64,000 bases of DNA, taken from positions 1 through 64,000 of the forward strand of contig JAXLNO010000693.1 of NCBI GenBank assembly GCA_038087875.1, in the 5' to 3' direction. Numbering within the stretch: position 1 is the stretch's first letter; each line of letters opens with the position of its first letter. The notes below the pieces were generated by a model that saw nothing but the letters and a program-made list of their open reading frames with translations, was not told the DNA's origin and made no database searches. The translations under genes and the position numbers were made by a program. The stretch comes from Malacoraja senta (taxonomy: Eukaryota). This document shows positions 12,223-26,321 of the stretch, piece by piece.

Positions 12223-14838
12223 CTACCGCATATATATATATACGCAATAAATAAACAGATAAAGTGCAATAGGCTGTTATTTTTCTGAGTTTGGAGTTTG
12301 GTGGTGGTGGGTCCACTCCTGTTTAAATTCCATTTGGAATATTTTTGGAGGTCCAGGAAACCAAGAAATAAGAGTTACTCCAGGGAGTTACTCCAGCTCC
12401 AGGGTGTGATTCTGCGTTGGTTTACAGCGGTCGCGGCGAGTCGGCGACCAGACAACAATGGCAGCCAGATCTCCCACAATGCAAAGGGAGGGAGAAAGTG
12501 GCCGACGCCGACCAGTTGCCGTGGCAGTACGCATGTGCAGGGCGGCACATGTGAACAACTACGGCCGACGATGTGCTGGCTATGGTTGTGTGCATGTGCT
12601 GCGGGAGGATTGCAGGCCGCGGCAGTGCGCATTTGTAAGGCGGCCGGCCGTGCTGGTGGATGAGGAGCAGGCGGAGACCCGAGACCCGGACACGGATGGT
12701 GGACGGAGACGGAGAGTGACAGAGAGAGGGAGGCCCGCTCAGAGTTGCTTGCCAAGCCGGGCAAAATGGGACGGCTGTTGGGTTGCCCGACGGCAATTTA
12801 GGTCGCCATTGGCACCCGGGCAACCGCTAATTTCGAGCCCTGTACAGTGTGGAAACGGGCCCATCGGCCCAACTTGCCCACACCGACCAACATGTCCCAG
12901 CTACACTAGTCCCACCTGCCCGCGTTTGGTCCATATCCCTCCAAACCTGTCGTATCCATGTACCTGTCTAACTGTTTCTAAAACCGTAAAGTCTCCTAGT
13001 TGGACAATGGAGGGTAATCTCTTCAGTAAATCCAGATCTTTTGTGTGGAACGATATTGTATAGGCTTTATCGATAGATTTTTTTTTGTGAAGGCAGGCCA
13101 ACTTTTCCCATGTGTTTTTTTTTTGTAAATGGAGCAGAACTGAACAAAATCTTTTGCAGTGAGTACTTGCATCTCAAATTGGATGTAAAATGTAAGTATG
13201 AATACTGAACCAACAGCAGTTTTCTTTCATGTTTCTAGCCATACAATCCTAGCAATATCTTAGCTAAACTGAGGTGGTGAATCTGTGGAATTCATTGCCA
13301 CAGACAGCTGTGGAGGCCAAGACATTGGGTATTTAAAAGTGGAGATTGATAGGTTCTTGAGTAGGAAGGACGTTAAACGTTATGGGAAGAAGACAGGAGA
13401 ATAGATTTGAGGGGGAAAAAATATCAGCCACAATTGATTGGTGGAATAGACTCGATGGGCTGAATGGCCCAATTCTGCTCCTGTCTTATGGTTATGGTTT
13501 TCTGGTGTCTCGTAAAAGTTAACCTCTTCTCTATTACACTGAATTATATTTCAAGTTTAAGATTATTTTTAAATCGCTTCCATTTCTGTGATTTTCTCTG
13601 GAGTTATATCTGGGGCATATGCCTCCTTAAAAACTGCTCAGAGTACCACAAATGTAATTGTTTTGTTATGAACAGCCATGCCGACAACCTAAAGTGCTAC
13701 ATTCCCACTCAAAATTGCTTAGCCTCTCCACTTCTTTACTCTTTTAGCTCTAGTATCACCCCATCTTTGATGATTTGTTCTAATATTAATCCTTCTATAA
13801 CATGGTGTCAACTTTGTTTGATAACACTGAAGCGAGATGTCCTGACTATGTCAAAAAAAAAAAGCATACAAATGACTTATTCATGAATATAGAATCTTGA
13901 GAAGCATTATTTCTTATGCAAGCACAACTTGTTAGATATATTGAAAGCCAACAATTTTGATCAAGGATGCATTTTGAAGTACAAAAATGTGATGAATGGG
14001 ATTACTACTAACTCCTTATTTGAACCTCTCACTTAGTTGTTACATTGACGGATTATGGAAATGTGAAAATCTTAGAACTCTCAAATTTACTTACCTTGAA
14101 CTTTAAACATTAACATTCTAATATGATATGGAGACATCAACCCAGCCCTCTTCCCCCCACCCCCCAAAAAAATGTTGCCAGTAGCTAGACAACAACTCAG
14201 AAAACAGTGCAGGTTCACAACTAGAGAGCAGTCCTGAGCTACTATTTACCTTATTGTAAACCCTCGGACTAGCTTTGATTGGACTTTACTGAACTCTATC
14301 TTGCACTAAACGTTATTCACTTTATTCCCTTTATCATGTATCTGTACACTGTGGATGGTTTGATTGTAATCTTGTATTGTCTTTCCGCTCATTAGTTAGC
14401 ACATACAAGCTTTTCACTGTACCTCGGAACATGTGACAATAAACTAAATTTAAAATACGAAGGTTCATAAATTAATGTTGATTTATTTCAAGGGGAAATA
14501 AATCTCATTTAGAATTAACACACAATTGTAAATCACCTTAGCCTTGCTCATACTACGTCACCCGAACCTCAGATTCAATCCCATCTATTATTTCCAAGTG
14601 AAGAATAGTGCGAGTCAGAGTGATTTCCACCAATTTTAATGTACAATGCATTTGGAAGTAAACTGGATTTTAGCCACAAAATAACTCATTTCAAATGAAT
14701 TACATTTGGACTTCTGCAAGAACTGTGTTGATTTATCAATTGTCTGACATACAATACTTCAGAAGCTCTCTGTAGTTAGAGCACAAATACAAGTTTTGAA
14801 AACAGGAGTAATTTATCTGTCAAATCTCTCCGACTTAC

Positions 14839-14973
14839 CAGTGAAAACAAGTCATTCTGAAGCCCCAGTCGGTCCACAGGAGGAAGTGCAAGGTTCTGGA
14901 CGCTGGATAATAAACGTTCGAGCATTGTTGGATCGTACTGAATTCGACAAAAGCCCACTGTTCCAGGGTTCAA
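14839..14973 (-). CDS. NPEPPS: NPEPPS exon (~16), 135 bp: LNPGTVGFCRIQYDPTMLERLLSSVQNLALPPVDRLGLQNDLFSL
   Basis: aatcttcag|TTG...CTG|gtaagt. Matches human LNLGTVGFYRTQY...LPPVDRLGLQNDLFSL. Phase 0-0. The next exon was not found in 1-14838. Confidence 0.96.
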
Positions 14974-16473
14974 CTGAAGATTAAAAAGAAAACCACAAGA
15001 AGAATGATTCACATTGTACAGAGTCCTTTCTGAGTGTAATTTAATTTATCCAAACATTCATTCTCCATTATTCTATGAAACAAGTAAACTGGAGGAAGGA
15101 TCTCGACCCGAAAGGTCAACCATTCCTTTTCTCCAGAGATGCTGCCCGACCCGCTGAGTTACAGCATTTTGCGTCTAATTGGAACAATAGATGAGGTTTC
15201 CAGGAAATTACTTAAAATCCTGGAAATCTGAGGTAAAAGCAGAAAATGCTAGAAATATTCAGGTCAGAAATGCTGGAAATGCTGAATTTTTTTTGCCATT
15301 TTTCTCCCTCTTCATGAATGTTGTGTAACAGTGTAGTTCTAGCATTTTCAGTTTTATTTTAGGGAGGTTTACCTCAGCACTGTAGTAGACACATAAAACA
15401 CTGAGATTTTCTTTCAGCAGATTCTTGTTTTTGTCAGTGGGAGCATGTCAAACCAGGGACCTCACTAAAATATAAGGAACCAACCATTAAAAATGGAAAT
15501 AATTAGAAACCTTTTCTCAGAGGGTGGCGAATCTCTAAAATGTTCATCCCTATTGGGTGTTGGATCATTAGAAATATTTGTGGATGAATATTTATAGATC
15601 GATAGAGGGGTTTAAGAAATGACAGACAAGAGTTGAGGCCAACATAGATCAGCCATGATCATTAAATGGTGGGGCAGGCTTGAATGCCCATTTTGATGTT
15701 AAAAGCTTCAAAGCAGGAGCCTAATCAACAGCATTCATGCTGTAATATTAACACAGCCATCCAAAGGCCATTCAGCCCTGCTTTCAGAAAGTCATCCATG
15801 AGGAAAAGGAGAACATAACTTACTTTGTTAGCAATTCTTATTACACACAACTGCCTCACTTTACTTGGGTGAGAATGAGAATGGGAAATGATGTCTCTAT
15901 TGAAGGCCTGGTCCTGTTAATTTTTGTGTGCTTGAACCCATTCAACTCATCGACACTGCATTTAGAACTGCCAAGAAACTCTGATGCCATGTAATAGTCA
16001 CCACCTGTTGTGTTTGACAGTTTACTTCCAAACTTAGAAATGCCTCAGGAAAGGAGTGGTTCTGCTGGATCTTGTTCCAGCAACACTAATGAAAGAATTG
16101 ATGAGTGCAACCGAGGCATTCCCCAGGAAGATTAGTTGACAACCCACACTAGATCATTATCACGCATTGTCCAGTGATGGACTCAAGAGCATCGGTTAAA
16201 AACTGGAGCCTGAAAACCAGCATTCTTGGTGTAATATGAACATGACTGCCCTAAGGCCATTCCACCCACTTTCAAAAAGAAATTCATGAGAAAAAGGAGA
16301 AAATAACTTTCTTTGTTTGCAATTCTTACTACACACAGCTGGCTAACTTTACTTGGTGAGAACGGGGAATGATAAATCCTGCCGCAAATAAATATTAGCC
16401 TACAACAAATTGCATTTCAACAGAACAAGTTGATAGGCTCATTACAATAATATTCCTACTCTGCACACAGTAA

Positions 16474-16801
16474 AGGGCCTGTCCCACTTACGCAATTTTT
16501 TCGGCGACTGCCGGCACCCGTCATAGTCGCAGCAGGTGGCCGAAAATTTTCAACATGTTGAAAATCCAGCGGCGACCAGAAAAAGGTACGACTCTTTGGA
16601 TGAGTACTCATGCCCATTCAGGCGTCACCTCGCTACATGTCGACGCGTGACGCCTGTATGGTCGTGAGTAGTCACCCAAAGAGTCGTACCTTTTTCTGGT
16701 CGCCGCTGGATTTTCAACATGTTGAAAATTTTCGGCCACCTGCTGTGACTATGACGGGTGTCAGCAGTCACCGAAAAAATTGCGTTAGTGGGACAGGCCC
16801 T
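16474..16801. mobile_element. Fully palindromic MITE, probably PIF/Harbinger (Tourist-like)
   Basis: agggcctgtcccact...agtgggacaggccct. The arms are complementary almost to the centre. Left flank TAA, right flank TTT, so the TSD is imperfect. Confidence 0.8.
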
Positions 16802-19630
16802 TTTGAATCGTAATGTCAAATCCAACATGAGTATAGCAATGCCTTGAACATCTGCTTCTCTCATCCTCCCAATTTATTAACAGGAATATCATAAACTATC
16901 AGGTTTAACGGGTTATTTACATCTAGTTAAACCAGCGACCTGTTCACAAATGACTCAGATCCATCTGCAAACCTAGACAAATCTAGCAGGTATTTTGGAA
17001 ACTAAACAATGCAATTTAAAAAAAAAAACAATTTTCCATTTGAGGGCTGGAGAGATTGGAGCAGAAATCCGCTGGGGATGACTAGCATTTGACTGGGCTT
17101 GGAGTCAGGTTTGTCTAACTATCTTGATCATTTTTGTTTACAGATTGGGCAGACGTCTGATCCATACACAGATGAGCATTATTTCTGAGTAAAAACAGGG
17201 ATGAACACATCTGTGAACGTGGACAAGTTGCAGCAGTGAAAATAAATAAAAAGCGCGTCATTGCTTTTTAAAATTTATATTCACTACCAGAAGGTGAGCT
17301 ACCTCTAGGAAGGGTAAGAGAATCAGAACAAAGGCTGCTTTACTTCCCATCTTTTCTACTCCCTCCTTCAAATATAAAAGCAACATGACTGAAAGTAGTA
17401 GACCAGGCAGCAAATTGGCTAACTGAAACTGAGCACCAATCTTCTCTGAATAGGCAGCATTTGGGTGTTCCAAAATGTAGAAGCTTCAGTAAAATGTATG
17501 CATGGTCAGATAAAGTCAGAATTGTCAATGAAATCAATTGCTCCCCACTCTCTGGTTTTGGTTCGAATCATGCCAAATGCACCAGAAAGCGATGTTGTCC
17601 TGTCAGCAGGTTTTAAACCTTGTCACCACAACCAGGGTTACATTTGGATGGTGTTTCAAGACAGTTATATAACACAATGAAACTTAAATGTTAAGCTACC
17701 ATGGGTATGAAGTGTTTAAAGAGTGATGATTGTACGTTACCAAACTACAATTGGAATGGGCAGTAAATGCTGGGTTTGCCAACAATCTACGTCCCATAAA
17801 GTGGATGAAACCAACAGCCAAGTATTTAAAGATCGCATGAATAAAATGAACATATAGAAAAGCCAAAACTTATACCAAAATAACCAAAAACATCATACCG
17901 ACTAACATCATGACCGCATACCTCCCTAAATGTGAGCACTGGCAAATCTATTGAACATTTCACCAAATTTCATCCAAGGGAACTAAGTTACAATTGGTAT
18001 CAAATAAGTGTGAAATAAAGTACACCAACAGACATAAAATTAACAGACTTTGAGACTATAAACTGCACAGAGTTTATAAGAAAAATAAATCCATTTAGCA
18101 ACAGTTGCATAGCCAATTGATGAGGTTTGATGAGAGTACATTGTCTATGTTCTTACTTTTTGAAGGACAAATTAGCAGATCTGGCACAGATATATTGCAA
18201 AGATTAAAAAAAGTTAAAGAATGAGGCAGAGAAAAAGAGCAGTGAAAGAAAAAGCAAAAAGAGGTGAAAGAAACAGTGACAAGTATCATAGAGATGCATA
18301 AATACAGCATTATTTAAATAAAATGAGAAATATACAAGAATACAAGTCAAAACTATGGAGAAGGAATGTCCAGGTAGAATATCCAGAGAGAAAAATGCAG
18401 GCAAATAAATAAAAGTTGAACAATGAGTAAATACAAAGAGGTTTACAAATTGTGGCAGATTATTTGCTTTTATCAGGACAATTACAATTCAAAGGTTTGA
18501 TCTGAATAAAAATTATGCTTCCTTTCTTTATAATTCTACAGATTAAGTTGAGCTGCCTTAGAGGAATCAATCTGCGAAGCTGCTGCATGAGGAATGTGTG
18601 TGTTTGGTGAAAGGAAGGTCAAAACCTGTCAGGTCTCATTCGAGTGGGATTCCAAGTTTGCACTTTATCATCTTAAAGTATGATAATGCAAGTTTAGTAA
18701 AATCCCTATACCTTTTTACGTCATGGCTCCTTCAAAAGTTTCAATTCATAGAACTAGGCATTGACAATGGGACAGCATAAACAGAATGGAAGAGTTAAAA
18801 ACTAAGTGTGTAAAGGAAAGTGTGCACCAAAATGTTCTTCCCCCATCCCCACTCCCCAGATAGTGACTGGCCTACTCTCCATTTACATCATTTCTTGTTA
18901 TTTTTGTTCAAGTTTTGAATTACACATTTAAAATATATGTATTCAATTATTTTGTCCACCTTTTGGAAATACTTTAGTAATATATTGTGATCTCCATCAG
19001 GATTTTTTTTTAAAAGCAAAGATCAAGATCCATCTTTTAAGTAGTCAGAATTCAAGCCCCGGTTGCTATAACTTGGACATTTTTTTAGTTCAGCCATGTT
19101 ATTCTGAACAAAATAAAATAATTTTCCCTCACCCCTTCTTGGGTAAAAATGGAACAGGATTTTGTTCTGCCAAAGCTATTCTGAAACCAATGCTTGGTGA
19201 AATGCAATAACTTCCGTGTGCCAGCATGTCTTGCAAACATTAAAGATAAGATCAAAGGGATAGTCTTGAATTTTTTGCAGGGCAAATTCTATGAGACTCT
19301 GCACCAAGACTCAAATGCAATGTCCCACAGAATTTGTACCTTTAAACAGAATCCTCAAACAGAGAATTCCTAATCTTGTGAAAAATGTCTTCGGTAGAGA
19401 CGCTAGAGAGGATGTCAGGCACAAAAAAAAAAAATTGGAGGCAAAGATTTCACTTGTATGCATAAAGCAGTTTGTTAAAGAGCAATGTTGGCAGACCCCG
19501 AGGACACAGGTTGCCTGCCTGCCCACCCTCTTGTAAAAACCTGAAGTAGATAGAGAAAAAGTCCATTTTAACTGAAAGATACAAAAGAATACGTACCCTA
19601 AACTACTTTTGGAGCTCTCTGGTGACCTAC

Positions 19631-19770
19631 CTTTATCCATTGATGCGGTTTCACATTCTTCACAGTGATAGTCATCTCTGGCTGGTCCAGTAACACCTTC
19701 ACATTATCACAGCTTACATCTTCACTGGTGCAGATACTAATAGGGACCATCCAGTGAGGACAGTCACTAC
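19631..19770 (-). CDS. NPEPPS: NPEPPS exon (~15), 140 bp: (G)SDCPHWMVPISICTSEDVSCDNVKVLLDQPEMTITVKNVKPHQWIK
   Basis: tgtttcccag|GT...AAG|gtaggt. Matches human EDCPQWMVPITISTSED...KNVKPDQWVK. Phase 1-0. Confidence 0.96.
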
Positions 19771-22700
19771 CTGGGAAACACAGGAGAGGTGTACTTATAC
19801 ATGAATGGATTTACGTAGCAGAGCCCCTGAGAAGATTGAATCCAATTTCCCTCAAAGGGCAGAAATATCCTCAATGGGAGCAGAATATATTAAGTAAATG
19901 AAACAAAGCTTTCAAACAGCAAATCCAACAGCTGATGAGACTCTTAAATGCCTGGTAGATGTACTACAATTTGGTCTCAAGTCGCATCTAAATGGATGGG
20001 GGGGGGGGGGGAAACTGGCCAGATCTTCACTGCTCCTCAACACTATCTAATGGAAGCTACGTATCTACTGGGAAGCTTATCAGGTCTGCTGATTGGGAGA
20101 GATTTGGCTCTGAAGCAGCTCCCTGACTGGAGACACACACACCAAGAATTATCATTTGGAAGAGGCAACACAGACTGGAGCACTGTTCTCAAAGAATCAG
20201 TGCCAGGAAAGAAAGGGAGAAATAAAAACATATTTTTTGGTAAACAAAAATAGAGTAAAGAGATATTAAGAGCTAATCTCACTGGCTTCCATGCTTCATG
20301 CAGTCAGATACGAGAAACGACTGAATGATAACATGTCCTATAGATCCATTAAAGTTTTTCAAAAAGACAGATCAAGCATCTAAACCATTTATTGTCAATT
20401 GGAAGCCATTTCCTTTTTGCCTTCTATTTAAATACTTCCTACCAGACAAAATTTAATGGCAACAGTTCTCCCGTATTAACAAAATATTAATTTGATGCAT
20501 TTGAACTGGATCTTTTGTTAAAGAGTCACATCAATAAATTTGTATAATTAAAAGGCCCGAGAACAAAATGTTACCTCATTCTCCAAAGCAATTACAGCTC
20601 AAGCTCCAAATTAGAGAGGGATAATGGCTATTTCTGAGGTTATGCAAAGCCCACTTAATGAATTTGGAATGGAGTTTCTTTTGGTTATGGTTTATTGTAA
20701 GTATAGTAAATGATACTAAAGAGTGCAAAGTGTTTTCTGAACAACATTAAAGACAATAACTATAATATTTAAAAGCTGGAATTGTTACCAAGTCATTATT
20801 TAAGGAACACACGCACAAGTCAGACATTTAAGCTGAGATGCCACAGTGGTGCAGGTAGTACAATTACTGCTATCTCAGGTGTATATAGTTTTATAGGTGT
20901 ATAAAATCATGAAGGGAATAGATTGGGTAAATGCATAGAGTATTTTTTTTCCAGAATCAGAAAATCAGGAACAAGATGGGACACGTTTAAGTTGAGTGGA
21001 GAACAATTTAGTAGGAAGCCAAGGGGCAAATTATTTAACTCAGAGGGTAGAATCAGCTACTAGATGAAATAGTTGAGGCAGGTTTAATAACAATATTTTA
21101 AAGACATTTGGACAGTACGTGGCTAGGAAGGGATATGGGCCAAGCATGGTCAACTGGGACTAGCTTGAATGGGGGCATCTTGGTCAATATGGATGAGTTG
21201 AGCCAAGGGGCTGTTTCCATGCTGTATGCCTCTATCCATCCAATTATGTCCTAAAGACAGTCACATAGTGTTTGGCAGAACTGAAAATCGTTTAAGAAAA
21301 AATTTCAATGGTTCACAAAATGCTTTGCACAATTGTTGTAGTCAGATCAGCTAGCAGTCAAAATAACTCACCCACACAGGTGAAATTTGGTGAAATGCTT
21401 GCATTCTAAAAATCTCAGAAACTTAAAAACAAGAAAAACATAACCAATAGTATCCCTTTGAAGATGAAATCCACCAGCGATGACTGTCACCTGGCACCTC
21501 AAACAAATGGTGCTCATTATCTGCCATCCAAATTAGTGAGAACAAAAATGCAATTTGTCCAAAAATGGTAAAGCAACCCCTGACCTACAACCCCTGACCT
21601 ACGTCACACCTCCCTCATTCTGACCTCTTGGGTCCATATCCTCTGACAACTCCTCAAAATCCAATCTCATTTTGTTCAAACCTTTGATCACATTTTCTAA
21701 TGCATCCTTCTTTGATTTGGTTATTATCAAGTTATGTTTGTGTGAAACAACTTAGAATGTTTTATTACATATAAGCCAGCTTTAAAAAAAAAATCCCCAA
21801 TCTGTGTGGTTCAGTGGTTAGGTACTGATATCACATTGAGATGCACTCAGTACCAATTGTCGCTTGTGCCAAATCTACTGATCCATCCGAGTTAAGGATA
21901 TGGAATCTTTCAGAGTCAGGAACATGTAACTTCCCAACATGGTGACATTTTAAAAAAAACAATGCTCCTATATCTGGATGTGGGGGAAAGAGAAAAGGAA
22001 AAAAGGAAAATTTGACTGCTGACTAGTTATAGGCAGACCCTATATCAAACCCAAGTAAACTGACTGATACGACAAAGGCAGAAGTCATTTACTACTTGCT
22101 CAGTCCAGAGCAATGGTTAGGAAGACAAGTCTGGCATTCAATTTTCACTCTCAAAAGCATGGGCATACATATCAAACTGCAAATAAAAAGAGGCTAAAAA
22201 AAATAAGTACCTAACAGGATATTATGAAACTGAATACTTTATTGTCACATGTGACAAGGCACGGTGGAAATGTTTGCTTGGAAATAGTCTCCACATACAG
22301 CGTAGACAAAATTACAAACTTTATTATTACAGCACAGAAATACATCATGCCAGTGGTTGGATATCAAGGGAACTTTCTTCCACTCTACCTCACCTCAAAA
22401 AACACAATGTCCCTTCCTACCTCATCCATGTACTTGGTTTCAGATTAATTGCATTTGTTTCTTTGGTTGAAGCAACTTGCTCTATCAAGAGTTCTCACTT
22501 TTTAAACCAGGCTCAACTGGTTTCACGGGAATTGCCCACTGGATCGTTGAGGTTGTATTCCCTCACATAGCCACTTCTCTACTTCATGTTAATTCCTGAA
22601 GCAAGACACCTATTTACAGCTGCTCTGCCACAATTGAGGTCATATGGTCATAGGAGTGGAATTAGGCCATTCAGCCCATCAAGTCTACTCCGCTATTCAA

Positions 22701-25029
22701 TCATGGGTGATCTACCTCTCCATCCTAACTCCATTCTCCTGCCTTCTCCCCATAACCTTTGCACCTGTACTAATCAAGAATCTAACAATCTCTGCCATTA
22801 AAATTATCCAGAGTCTTGGCCTCCACAGCCATTTGTGGCAATGAAATCCCGATTCACCACCCTCTACTAAATATTTTTTTCCTCATCTCCTTCCGAAAAG
22901 AACGTCCTTTAATTCTGAGGCTATGACCTCTAGTCCTAGACTCTCCCACTAGTGGAAACATCCTCTCAACATCAACTCCATCCGAGCCTTTCACTAATTA
23001 ACAAATAGGTTCCCAAATCCTATGTCCTGGTAATATCATTTGGCCCTCATTACCCCAAAGCCCCTTAACACTTATTGAAGAGTCAGAAATGCCCATCTGA
23101 TTTGTCACAAAGAAGCAGCTGGCACCTGGCCACAGGTCCAGTGTAGATGAAGCTCCAGTCCATTCACCCTAGATGCATACAGCACAAAATCATACCCTCT
23201 TGTTCCTCCTTGGCCATGCTGACCACAATGCCATATACACTAACCCTATTTCACATAATTAGGCCTGTATTCTCCTTTTCCATCTAAACACTTTTCCAAA
23301 TTCCTTTTAAACATTGTACTTGAATCTGCCTCTACTACCCCCTTTAGGAATGATATGCAAAAGGATTTTCAGACCAACTTGAAATGTTGATCAAGTTGCT
23401 TGGTTGTAGATAATATTCTGACTCAGACCCAAATCAATCTGTTCATTATAGTTTGGAAAAGCTAAAGCCTTGACTTCTGCACTTTTCAAATGCTGTGAAG
23501 CAGGAAGTATCTGGAACAAAGCCCAAATTGCTACAGACCAAACAATTCTGATAAATGAGGTTGCCATTAACCTCCAAGGAGACAAATGTCATCAACTGCA
23601 AAACTAATTCAAGTTGTTAATGTAAACTGCAAAATGCAGCTTATGTCAAAATTTGGGTAACTTGTTAAAAGACTGTTGGTTAGAACATTCCATTAGGCAA
23701 CTTAGCTTGATCGATTGCAGATTGTCATTCAATTTCATGAATGAACCACCAAATTTAGTTAGTATTTGGGCAAACAGCAAACCAAGAGTATGGAAGATCT
23801 TGGGAAGAGAGATGAATGAAAACAGGAGTGTATCTCACACTAAATATGTAAATTATTATCCTGATTGAGAGCAATTGTGATATACTGCCAATTTATAGAA
23901 CACAGAATGGTAAATTAAGAGTGAAAATGTGATTCAAGTTTGGAAATACTGAACACAAATTTATAAAAGTCAAATGAGTAAGCGAACAAGTTGCAAGCAC
24001 ATACTTTGGACACTTCGTAACTCAAGTTTGTGAAGGGAAACTGAAACACAACAAATCCAATTCATCAGGTACTTTCTTCGCTACCCTCATTTCATTTTTT
24101 TTCCTCTTCAGCAGATCCTGAGATACAATTCCAAGAGCATGAAAGCTAACCATCTCATGCAAGCGGCCACTTTACACGACTGAGCCGAGAGTACAAATGT
24201 CAGCCAGCTATCCATTCAGCCTCATCAAGTTCTGTCTTTACACATGCGCTTTCCTGTTAGGCTGCAGGATATTGATCATATGTGGAATTACTATACAATT
24301 TCCCACTGCCTCTTAGTGCTGGCGGTTATTCTTATTCCATCCCTAGCCTTCTATGGTTTACCTGCCCTATATTTTCCCTTTCAGGAGTGCATCTATGACT
24401 CACGTAGAAATCTGGCCCCCATAACTGCTGGCAATTGAAATAGTAAAGCATATGGTTTGGTCAGCACCATTTGATGTAAAATTTGCCTCTAATTTATATC
24501 CACATTCCAAATATGTAAATTCTTAGCAGCACCACCTTCTCCCCAGAAGAACTGCATTTTCTTATAGGAACATTTATCTAGACTGAAGATTGGCCTCCCA
24601 TGGCAAGGGTAGCAGGGATTCAATCCTCATTTCAAAACTCTTATTTTAATTTGGAGGTAATGGCATTTCCCTCTTAAAAAGCATTAGTCCAAGAATACTG
24701 CACTCGCATGTTTGGTTGAATACAATAAATTTAAGGGAAAATAGCCTGGATAACACTAATTGAAAATCCCTTTTACCTTTGTCTCTGATAAAGGTTTGTT
24801 GCAAAATGAACCAAAATTCAGTGTAAAAATCTATGCTGTACTAGCACATCATCAATAACCAGGAATCCCATTTGAACATCATAAGGATAACGATTATGTA
24901 CGATGCAAACTCACACAAATGTAGGTAGTGAAGCTAAGCTTTCAGCTGGGGACAAGTAGAAAGGCACTAACATTTTAACAACAAAAAATAACATCAGGCA
25001 AATTTGTTTTTTTAATATAAATGACTTGT

Positions 25030-25906
25030 TCGTAAATATAGACGGGTTGGTTAGTAAGTTAGCAGATGACACCAAGATTGCTGGGGTCGTGGATTATGAG
25101 GAAGGCTATCAATGAATACAGCTGGAGATAGATCAGGTACAGAAATGGGTGAAGAAATGGCAGATGGAGTTTAATCTGAAGAATTGTGAGGTGTTGCACT
25201 TGGGGATGTCGAACATAAGGGGAAAATGTACAATTAATGGCATTAGTACCACAATTCCCTAAAGATGGCAACACAAGTAGCTAGAGTAATAAGAGTGGTA
25301 TATTGTATGCCTGCCTTCATTGACGGGGCATTGAGTACAGGAGTCAGGAAGTCATGACACAGCTTTACAGAACCCTTATTAGGCTGCATTTGGAATGTCT
25401 GAAGAAGGGTCTCGACCCAAAACGTCACCCATTCCTTCTCTCCGGAGATGCTACCTGTCCCGCTGAGTGACTCCAGCATTTTGTGTCTACCTTTGGAATG
25501 TTGTGTGCAGTTACAATAAGGATGTGGAGGCTTAGGAAAGGGTGCAGAGGAGATTTATCAGAACACTGCAGGTAGATTAGATAAAAAATTTATCCCAAGA
25601 TGGAAATATCAAGTACTAGAGGGCAGTTTTAAAGTGAGAGGGGCAAAGCTTAAAGGAGATGTGCAGGCCACGTTTTTCCTTTACAAAGAGGGTGTTGAGT
25701 GCCTGGAACGTACTGCTGGGGGTGGTAGTGGGGGCAGATACAACAGTGGCATTTAAGAGTCATTTGGTTAAGCACATGCATATATAGGGAATGGATATGG
25801 ATAATGGACAGGATAATGGACAGGCTGATAGGAGTTGGTCTTGGCATCATGCTTGGCACTGACATTGTGGGCCGAAGGGCCTGTTCCGGTGCTGTACTGT
25901 TCTATG
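25030..25906 (+). mobile_element. Degenerate CR1 3' fragment interrupted by a 93-bp hammerhead-bearing element
   Basis: Start encodes (F)ADDTKI; WQMEFN..CEVLH remnants; CR1 tail. Confidence 0.8.
25399..25491 (+). mobile_element. Short PLE-terminus-derived insertion starting at a hammerhead motif, with a 10-bp TSD
   Basis: tttggaatgt at 25389-25398 and 25492-25501. Begins ctgaagaagggtctcgacccaaaacgtc (G12>A). Confidence 0.85.
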
Positions 25907-26321
25907 TGCAGTTCTCAGTTTAACTAGCAGCTTCCAAATTCTGCCAATGAGTAAGGAAAAATTATGGATTTAGTTTAGATACAGTGGCAGAAAATTGAAA
26001 CTATATCCAATACCTCTTGTTCCACGTTGTGAAGATTTGTTGCCAAGGTGAAATTCAACTATATCTATATCCCCGAGACCCAATATATTAGTTTGGCGCA
26101 AAATGATGCGCACTCAAGTAAATTGAGATTTTTAGGGATTAAACAAGAATGTTATAATTGCAATCCTTTGTGAATCACAGCACCTGCATTGTGATATACA
26201 TAGAAAATATGTTACGGGATCGTTTTAATGTTTTATGAAAAGGGACTGTCAAATTCTGAAAGAGTAAAGAGGTTATTCAATGTTTAAGGGTAAATGACAA
26301 TAAAGCTGCATGCGTTCTTAC

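Larger units (their letters stand above)
9444..12842. mobile_element. 3.4-kb non-autonomous TIR DNA transposon with a 5-bp TSD (tacag) and nested retroelement cargo
   Basis: Imperfect TIRs cagggctctcacttaac ... gctaatttcgagccctg; tacag at 9439-9443 and 12843-12847. Removing the element restores cagagtgatacagtgtggaaac, which is intact at ~36131. Confidence 0.8.

Noticed and set aside
12298..13063. GC-rich ORFs (121-201 aa)
   Set aside because: They cross a transposon end and a CR1 tail, with no domain or splice support.
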